A stretch of DNA of 57,496 bases from Rhodospirillaceae bacterium (GTDB lineage: Bacteria > Pseudomonadota > Alphaproteobacteria > Reyranellales > JAQSWP01): assembly GCA_040255215.1 (NCBI GenBank), contig JBDZUM010000008.1:1-57496 (forward strand), written 5' to 3'. The stretch's first letter is position 1; the number at the start of each line of letters is the position of its first letter. The notes beneath the pieces are model-generated. The model was given only the letters and a program-made list of their open reading frames with translations. It ran no database searches and was not told the origin of the DNA. A program made the translations under genes and the position numbers. Below are positions 51,475 to 57,496 of this stretch, piece by piece.

Positions 51475-51989
51475 ACGGGTTCCTCCGTATCCTGCAGGGC
51501 GCGCCGCTCTGGGTCTGGCCGCTGCTGGCGTTGCTGCTGTTCCTGGGCATTCGCAGCCTGCGCGCCCGTTCGACGCCGGTCGCCAGCCTGGTGGCGCTGC
51601 CGCTGGCTTTTTTCGGCCTGTCGCTCTCCAACCTGCTGCCGCTCGACGCGCTTGCGCCGCTGCGCATCGGCGTCTGGCTCGCCGCACTGACGGTCGGCAT
51701 CGCGCCCGGTTGGCTGCTGGTGCGGCCCGACCGCATCGCGATCGATCGCGCCAGGCGGCGCGTCGCCGTGCCCGGCAGCGTCGTGCCGCTGGTCCTGATG
51801 CTGGCGGCCTTCGTCGTCGGCTTCTATTTCGGCTATCTCTTCGCCCGCTATCCCGAACTGAAGAGCGATCCGCTCACCCTGGCGATCGCCTCGACCTATC
51901 GCGGGCTGATGAGCGGCTATTTCCTCGGCCAGACCCTGCGCCTGTTCCGCCTCTATCTGCGCGCGCCTCAGTCAACCGTCTCGACATAG
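51471..51989 (+). CDS. Hypothetical membrane protein (DUF6622/CcdC-like)
   Basis: APLWVWPLL, VPGS; about 5 TM segments; ATGA overlap. Confidence 0.72.
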   Translation: MNGFLRILQGAPLWVWPLLALLLFLGIRSLRARSTPVASLVALPLAFFGLSLSNLLPLDALAPLRIGVWLAALTVGIAPGWLLVRPDRIAIDRARRRVAVPGSVVPLVLMLAAFVVGFYFGYLFARYPELKSDPLTLAIASTYRGLMSGYFLGQTLRLFRLYLRAPQSTVST

Positions 51990-52462
51990 TCGAGCGGCAG
52001 CGCGGTGGTGAACTTGATGCGTTCCATGGCGAAGCTCGAGGACACGTCGGACAGATCCGCCGCCTTGATCAGCCGCTTGTAGACCGCGTCGTAGGCGGCG
52101 ATGTCGGGCACCACCACGCGCAGCATGTAATCGACGTCGCCGCTCATGCGGTAGAACTCGACGATCTCGGGAATCGCCGCCACGCCTTTGGCGAATCTGT
52201 CCAGCCAGGCCTGGCTGTGCGATCCAGCACGCACGGCGACGAACACGGTGACGCCGACATTGAGCCGGTCGGGATCGAGCAGCGCCACGCGGCGGGCGAT
52301 GACGCCGCGCTCCTGCAGGATTTCGATGCGCCGCCAGCACGGCGTCGCCGACAATCCGACCTTGGCGGCGATCTCCTGCAGCGACAGGCTGCAATCCTCC
52401 TGCAGCAGGCGCAGGATGCGCTTGTCGATCGAATCTAGAGATATTTTCTTAGATTTGGCCAT
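51968..52462 (-). CDS. Lrp/AsnC family regulator (DecR-like)
   Basis: VGLSATPCWRRI HTH; EFYRMSGDVDY; SFAMERIKFTTALP. Confidence 0.92.
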   Translation of the reverse strand: MAKSKKISLDSIDKRILRLLQEDCSLSLQEIAAKVGLSATPCWRRIEILQERGVIARRVALLDPDRLNVGVTVFVAVRAGSHSQAWLDRFAKGVAAIPEIVEFYRMSGDVDYMLRVVVPDIAAYDAVYKRLIKAADLSDVSSSFAMERIKFTTALPLDYVETVD

Positions 52463-52546
52463 TTTGTGGGAAATTATTCCACGAATTCGGGAAAATGGCG
52501 AAACATTTGGAAGAACCTTGCCGGCGAAGAACGGCACAGTGTCGAC

Positions 52547-52762
52547 ATGTCGATCACGGAAAAATTCACCGCCCATCCGCAAAGCGTCGGCGAAAGCTAC
52601 GCCCAGCACGCCGCCATGGCCTCGGGCTTCGGCTTCAGGCTGCTGCTGGCCGGCATGGCCTGCCTGGTCCATGCCGTGTTCCCGTTCCTGTTCGTCAAGA
52701 CGGGCAGTTCGATGATCGGCGATCTCTACCAGCGCATGGTCGCGCACCGTCGGGTGCGCTGA
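52547..52762 (+). CDS. Small DUF6356-like protein
   Basis: FTAHPQSVGESYAQH...CLVHAVFPFLF. Confidence 0.78.
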   Translation: MSITEKFTAHPQSVGESYAQHAAMASGFGFRLLLAGMACLVHAVFPFLFVKTGSSMIGDLYQRMVAHRRVR

Positions 52763-52763
52763 C

Positions 52764-53459
52764 TCACATCGGCAGCGCCGAGCGGCCGATGATGAAGCCG
52801 TGGCTGAACAGCACGGCGAAATAGGCCGCGATCGCCAGCGCCGGCCGCCACAGCCCGATCGCCTTCCAGTCCAGCCTCGCCCGCCCGCCGATCACCGCCG
52901 CCAGCGGCACGAAGGAGGTGCGCGCCATATAGGCGGCATAGGCCGGGCCGAGCGCCTTGTGCTTCTTCCAGTCGATACCCGCCGCCCCGCCCAGCGCCAG
53001 CAGCAAGATGCCGCCGGTGAGAATCACTGTCGCGGCATCGCCGTTGGCGATCATGTGCCCTGCCGCCCATAGCGCGAAGGCCCACAGCATGGGATGGCGC
53101 GTGATGGCGCCGAAGGCGGCGCCCGCCGCCAGCTTCTCGGCGCCTTGCGGCCCCATGGTCGGATTCGGTGCGGTAACGCTGAGCACGAACAGCACTATGG
53201 CCGGGATCATGATCAGCAGCAGCAGATGCCGCGCCCAAGGCGGATCGCCCCACAGCGCGACATAGGGCGCAGTCGAGTAGGCGTAGAGCATCCAGGCGAA
53301 GAAGATCGCGACGACGACCGAATAGACGCCGCCGAACGCCTTCTCGCCCAGCGCCCGCACCATGGCCGGCCGCAGCGGATGCGACATGACGAAATGGCCG
53401 AGCACGAATGCCGCGGTGCCCAGGAAGACTGCCAGGATCGATCCGCCGAGAAATGACAT
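52764..53459 (-). CDS. NnrU family membrane protein
   Basis: ITRHPMLW, WAAGHMIANGD, TSFVP. Confidence 0.88.
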   Translation of the reverse strand: MSFLGGSILAVFLGTAAFVLGHFVMSHPLRPAMVRALGEKAFGGVYSVVVAIFFAWMLYAYSTAPYVALWGDPPWARHLLLLIMIPAIVLFVLSVTAPNPTMGPQGAEKLAAGAAFGAITRHPMLWAFALWAAGHMIANGDAATVILTGGILLLALGGAAGIDWKKHKALGPAYAAYMARTSFVPLAAVIGGRARLDWKAIGLWRPALAIAAYFAVLFSHGFIIGRSALPM

Positions 53460-53472
53460 TGGAGTTCCTCCG

Positions 53473-53787
53473 TCAGCCCAGTTTCACCGCCGTGCCGTTG
53501 CACGACACCATCAGCATGGAATCGCCCACCACCTCGTAGTCGATGTCGACGCCGATCACCGCATCGGCGCCCAGATCGGTCGCCGAGGCCACCATGTCGT
53601 CCATCGCCTGGCGCTGGGCGCCGCGCAGCGCCTTCTCGTAGCCGCCGGCGCGGCCGCCGACCACGTCGCGGATCGAGGCGAACCAGTCGCGGAAGATGTT
53701 GGCGCCGACGATGGCGTCGCCGCTGACGATGCCGAGATAGGCGACCACCCGCCTGCCGTCGACCGTATCGGTGGTGGTGACGATCAT
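53473..53787 (-). CDS. YbjQ/UPF0145 family protein
   Basis: [26 protein letters not shown]. Confidence 0.92.
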   Translation of the reverse strand: MIVTTTDTVDGRRVVAYLGIVSGDAIVGANIFRDWFASIRDVVGGRAGGYEKALRGAQRQAMDDMVASATDLGADAVIGVDIDYEVVGDSMLMVSCNGTAVKLG

Positions 53788-53831
53788 GCGCTGCTCCTTG
53801 TTGCGCAGAGCTTGCCGGGTTTGCTTTCTAT

Positions 53832-53942
53832 TGTCATCCCGGCCGAGCGCAAGCGAGAGCCGGGACCCATGATGTCCGTCAACGACGGAACCCGCCGGCG
53901 TCATGGGTCCCGGGTCGCCGCTTCGCTCCGCCCGGGATGACA
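53832..53942. repeat. REP/RPE-like palindromic element
   Basis: TGTCATCCCGG...CCGGGACCCATGA / TCATGGGTCCCGG...CCGGGATGACA nested inverted repeats. Confidence 0.85.
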
Positions 53943-54009
53943 GCGGTGGGAGCGTGATGACAGTAGAAAGGAGACATGTGAAACTCCCGCCACCAACCTC
54001 GGGGGGAAC

Positions 54010-55428
54010 ATGGCGCGGGGACATTACGCGATGCGGTCGGCCCAGGACAGCAGGCCGCCGGCCGGGTCGCCGCTCAGGGCGCGGCTGAGCTGGGCCTTTT
54101 TCGACTGGGCCAACCAGCCGTTCTTCACCGTCATCACCACCTTCATCTTCGTCCCCTACTTCACCTCGACCATGGTCGGCGATCCGGTCAAGGGCCAGGT
54201 GATGTGGGGCGACATCCAGTCCTTCGCCGGCTTCACCATCGCCCTGCTCAGCCCCTTCCTGGGCTCGATCGCCGATGCCGGCGGCCCGCGCAAGCCATGG
54301 ATATTCTTCTTCCAGGCGATGACCATCGCCGGCTGCATCCTGCTGTTCTGGGCCTATCCCAACGACGCCTCGTTCCTGCCCTTCGTCGTCGCCGGGCTGA
54401 TCCTGGGCACGATCGGCGCGGAATTCTCCATCGTGTTCAACAATGCCCAGCTGCCGCATCTGGTGCCGCCCGAGCGCATGGGCCGGCTCTCCGGCCTGGG
54501 CTGGGGCATGGGCTATCTCGGCGGGCTGGTGGCGCTGTTCATCGTGCTGATCGTCAGCCGGCCGGAACTGGTCGGCATCGCCACGCCCGAAGGCAAGGCG
54601 CTGTTCGGCTTCGACAAGGCGACCTACGAGGTCGAGCGCTGGATCGGGCCGGCCTCGGCGATCTGGCTGGTGGTTTTCGTGACGCCGATGTTCCTGTTCG
54701 TGCCGGACGTGAAATCGACCGGCCTGCGCAAGATCGAGGCGGCCAGGAAGGGCGTGCGCTCGCTGATCGGCACCTTCAAGGCGCTGCGCCAGCATCGCAA
54801 CCCGCTGCTCTTCCTCATCGCCTACATGATCTACAACGACGGGCTGGCCGCCATCATCGCCTTCGGCGGCGTCTATGCCGCCGGCACCTTCGGCTGGACC
54901 ACCGTGTCGCTGGGCATCTTCGGCATCATCCTAACCGTGTTCGCCACGGTCGGCGCCTTCGTCGGCGGCTCGCTCGACGACCGCTTCGGCTCCAAGCCGA
55001 CCGTGCTGGTCGCCATCGTCGGCGTCATGATCGCCACGCTCGGCATCGTCTCGATCGGCCGCGATTCGATCCTGTTCGCCTTCGACGTCGCCGCGCCGCT
55101 GCCCGATGGCGGTCTGTTCGCCTCGGCGCCCGAAATGGCGTTCATGGGTTTCGCGCTGATCCTCGGCATCTGCATGGGGCCGATGCAGGCCGCCAGCCGC
55201 ACCATGATCGGCCGCCTGGCGCCGAAGAACATGGTCGGCGAATTCTACGGCCTGTTCGCGCTCTCCGGTCGCGCCACGACCTTCATGGCGCCGTTCCTGA
55301 TCGCCAGAGTCACCGATGCCAGCGACAGCCAGCGCATCGGCATCGTCGTGGTGCTGGTGTTCCTGGTGATCGGCTTCACTCTGCTGCTCAGGGTCCGCGA
55401 GGAAGCGTCAGCCGAAACGGCGCATTGA
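54010..55428 (+). CDS. MFS transporter (UMF1/Atg22-like)
   Basis: [29 protein letters not shown]; start 54010 or 54031. Confidence 0.9.
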   Translation: MARGHYAMRSAQDSRPPAGSPLRARLSWAFFDWANQPFFTVITTFIFVPYFTSTMVGDPVKGQVMWGDIQSFAGFTIALLSPFLGSIADAGGPRKPWIFFFQAMTIAGCILLFWAYPNDASFLPFVVAGLILGTIGAEFSIVFNNAQLPHLVPPERMGRLSGLGWGMGYLGGLVALFIVLIVSRPELVGIATPEGKALFGFDKATYEVERWIGPASAIWLVVFVTPMFLFVPDVKSTGLRKIEAARKGVRSLIGTFKALRQHRNPLLFLIAYMIYNDGLAAIIAFGGVYAAGTFGWTTVSLGIFGIILTVFATVGAFVGGSLDDRFGSKPTVLVAIVGVMIATLGIVSIGRDSILFAFDVAAPLPDGGLFASAPEMAFMGFALILGICMGPMQAASRTMIGRLAPKNMVGEFYGLFALSGRATTFMAPFLIARVTDASDSQRIGIVVVLVFLVIGFTLLLRVREEASAETAH

Positions 55429-55433
55429 AACCG

Positions 55434-55817
55434 ATGATTCTTTTTCGGCCGACGGGCCTGGCGGAAATCAGACTGGTGCGTGCCAATGACTGGCGGCTAT
55501 GGCCGCCGCGCCTGCCGGATCAGCCGATTTTCTATCCGGTGCTGAATTTCGACTATGCCGAACAGATTGCGCGCGACTGGAACTCGCCGGATCCGGCAAA
55601 CAACCATCTGGGTTTCGTCACACGCTTCGAGTTGGCTGCCGAATTCACCGCGCGCTATCCGGTGCAGATCGTCGGCGCGGCCGCCATGCATCAGGAGCTT
55701 TGGATTCCCGCGGAGAAAATCGACGCGATGAACGCTGCCATCATCGGCCGGATCGAACTGGTCGCGGCCTATCGCAACCGGCAGAGAATCGATCCCACAG
55801 CCAAGTTGCTCGACTGA
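55434..55817 (+). CDS. Conserved small protein of the PPRLPxQPIFYPV family (ADP-ribosylation-associated)
   Basis: LFRP, WPPRLPDQPIFYPVLN, IARDWN, GFVTRF, HQELWIP; starts 5 nt after the MFS stop. Confidence 0.75.
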   Translation: MILFRPTGLAEIRLVRANDWRLWPPRLPDQPIFYPVLNFDYAEQIARDWNSPDPANNHLGFVTRFELAAEFTARYPVQIVGAAAMHQELWIPAEKIDAMNAAIIGRIELVAAYRNRQRIDPTAKLLD

Positions 55818-55821
55818 TGGC

Positions 55822-57432
55822 TCAATGCCGGAAATGCCGCATGCCGGTCAGCACCATGGCGAGACCGGCCTTGTCGGCGGCGTCGATGACTTCCTGATCG
55901 CGCATCGAGCCGCCGGGCTGGATGACGGCGGTGGCGCCCGCTTCCGCCGCCGCCAGTAGCCCGTCGGCGAACGGAAAGAACGCGTCCGACGCCACGACCG
56001 AGCCGACCGCCGGGCTTTGCGCGAGCTTGGCCGCTTCGCCGGCTTCCTTGGCTTTCCAGGCGGCGATGCGCGAGGAATCGACCCGGCTCATCTGGCCGGC
56101 GCCGATGCCGACCGTGGCGCCGTCCTTGACGTACACGATGGCATTCGACTTCACGTGCTTGGCGACGCGGAAGGCGAATAGCAGATCGGCCATCTCCTGC
56201 GGCGTTGGCTTGCGCCTGGTGACGACCTTGAGTTCGCTTTCGGCGATGCGGCCATTGTCGCGCGTCTGCAGCAGGTAGCCGCCGGCGACGCTGCGCACCG
56301 TCATGCCGGCGGCCGACGGGTCGGGCATGCCGCCGGTCAGCAGCACGCGCGCGTTCTTCTTGCGCTCGAGCAGCTTCAAGGCCTCCTCGTCGGCGTCGGG
56401 CGCGATGGCGACCTCGACGAAGAGTTTCGCGATCTCGTCGGCGGTGGCGGCGTCGAGCTTGCGGTTGACCGCGACGATGCCGCCGAAGGCCGAGACCGGG
56501 TCGCAGGCCAGCGCCTTGGCGTAGGCTTCCAGCAAAGTCGCGCCGCTGGAGACGCCGCAGGGGTTGGCGTGCTTGATGATCGCTACCGTCGGCGCGTCGA
56601 ACTCGGCGACGCATTCGAAGGCGGCGTCGGTGTCGTTGATGTTGTTGTAGGAGAGCTCCTTGCCCTGCAGCTGGCGGGCGGTGGAAACGCCCGGCCGGTT
56701 CGAGCCGTCGACGTAGAACGCCGCCTGCTGGTGCGGGTTTTCGCCGTAGCGCAGCGTCTGCTTCAGCGTGCCGCCCACCGCCAAGGTCGGCGGGAAGACT
56801 TCGCCGTTCTGGCCGCCGAACCATTGCGCGATGGCGGCATCGTAGGCGCCGGTCCGGGCATAGGCGCGCGCCGCAAGCTGACGGCGCAGCTCCAGGGTCG
56901 TGGCGCCCTTGTTCGTCGTCATGGCGTCGATCACCGCGGCGTAGTCGGCCGGATCGACCACCACGGTGACGAAATCATGGTTCTTGGCCGCGGCCCGGAT
57001 CATCGCCGGCCCGCCAATGTCGATGTTCTCGACGCAGTCGGCGAAAGACGCGCCCCGGGCCACCGTGGCCTCGAAGGGATAGAGGTTCACCGCCACCAGA
57101 TCGATGCCGCCGATGCCGTGCTCGCTCATGGCTTTGGCGTGATCGGGATCGGAACGGCGCGCCAGAATGCCGCCATGGACGCTAGGGTGCAGCGTCTTGA
57201 CCCGCCCGTCCATGATCTCGGGAAAGCCGGTGTGGTCGGAAACCTCCTTCACCTTGACGCCGGCCTGGCGCAGGGCGGCGGCGGAGCCGCCGGTCGACAG
57301 GATCTCGACGCCCTGGGCGGCCAGGAACCGGCCGAATTCGACCAGCCCCGCCTTGTCGGAGACCGAAATCAGCGCCCGCTTGATCGGGGCCAGATCGGGG
57401 GCGGGAAAGGTCTTGGCGGCGGGCGCGGACAT
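55822..57432 (-). CDS. purH: Bifunctional AICAR formyltransferase/IMP cyclohydrolase
   Basis: [46 protein letters not shown]. Confidence 0.97.
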   Translation of the reverse strand: MSAPAAKTFPAPDLAPIKRALISVSDKAGLVEFGRFLAAQGVEILSTGGSAAALRQAGVKVKEVSDHTGFPEIMDGRVKTLHPSVHGGILARRSDPDHAKAMSEHGIGGIDLVAVNLYPFEATVARGASFADCVENIDIGGPAMIRAAAKNHDFVTVVVDPADYAAVIDAMTTNKGATTLELRRQLAARAYARTGAYDAAIAQWFGGQNGEVFPPTLAVGGTLKQTLRYGENPHQQAAFYVDGSNRPGVSTARQLQGKELSYNNINDTDAAFECVAEFDAPTVAIIKHANPCGVSSGATLLEAYAKALACDPVSAFGGIVAVNRKLDAATADEIAKLFVEVAIAPDADEEALKLLERKKNARVLLTGGMPDPSAAGMTVRSVAGGYLLQTRDNGRIAESELKVVTRRKPTPQEMADLLFAFRVAKHVKSNAIVYVKDGATVGIGAGQMSRVDSSRIAAWKAKEAGEAAKLAQSPAVGSVVASDAFFPFADGLLAAAEAGATAVIQPGGSMRDQEVIDAADKAGLAMVLTGMRHFRH

Positions 57433-57465
57433 GGCAACTCCGGGCATGGAAGGCGGGCGCGCCGG

Positions 57466-57493
57466 ATATAGAAGATGCCGCCGGATGGGGCAA
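57466..57493 (-). promoter_or_regulatory. Candidate sigma70 promoter of purH
   Basis: TTGCCC-N16-CTATAT on the minus strand. Confidence 0.45.
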
Positions 57494-57496
57494 CCG

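Noticed and set aside
49321-51687. 788-aa minus-strand ORF
   Set aside because: Antisense shadow of argG and the rhomboid gene
57433-57496. ZTP riboswitch upstream of purH
   Set aside because: No recognisable motif, and a promoter-like element lies only about 35 nt from the start

Overview
A 57.5 kb, high-GC chromosomal segment from an alphaproteobacterium (Rhodospirillales-like by gene content; inference). It starts inside a large RTX calcium-binding protein gene that the ORF track missed. Next is an unusual aromatic/acyl-CoA catabolic cluster: PaaJ/PcaF thiolase, SMP-30 lactonase, two PaaG-like crotonases, a Rieske oxygenase, TetR, SDRs, a degenerate PaaA-like protein, a flavodoxin and an ALDH. 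After that come the pha/mrp antiporter operon, yccA, ybbAP/tesA, a run of damage-repair genes (tas, thpR, fructosamine kinase with LMW phosphatase, cobB, aidB-like, mug, phhB), cydAB plus a small DUF2474-like gene, scoAB, spoU-ialB-rlmN, argG, rhomboid, Lrp/DUF6356, nnrU, ybjQ, an MFS transporter and purH. The best candidate for a new system is an AT-rich-flanked quorum-sensing cassette between rlmN and argG (unknown ORF-luxR-luxI). Its synthase resembles RpaI but lacks the Trp-Trp CoA platform, and a candidate lux box lies upstream of it. Two REP-like palindromic elements are present. I saw no rRNA, tRNA, CRISPR array, integrase or transposase. Family calls come from motif recognition only, with no database search, and many starts were re-picked by eye.
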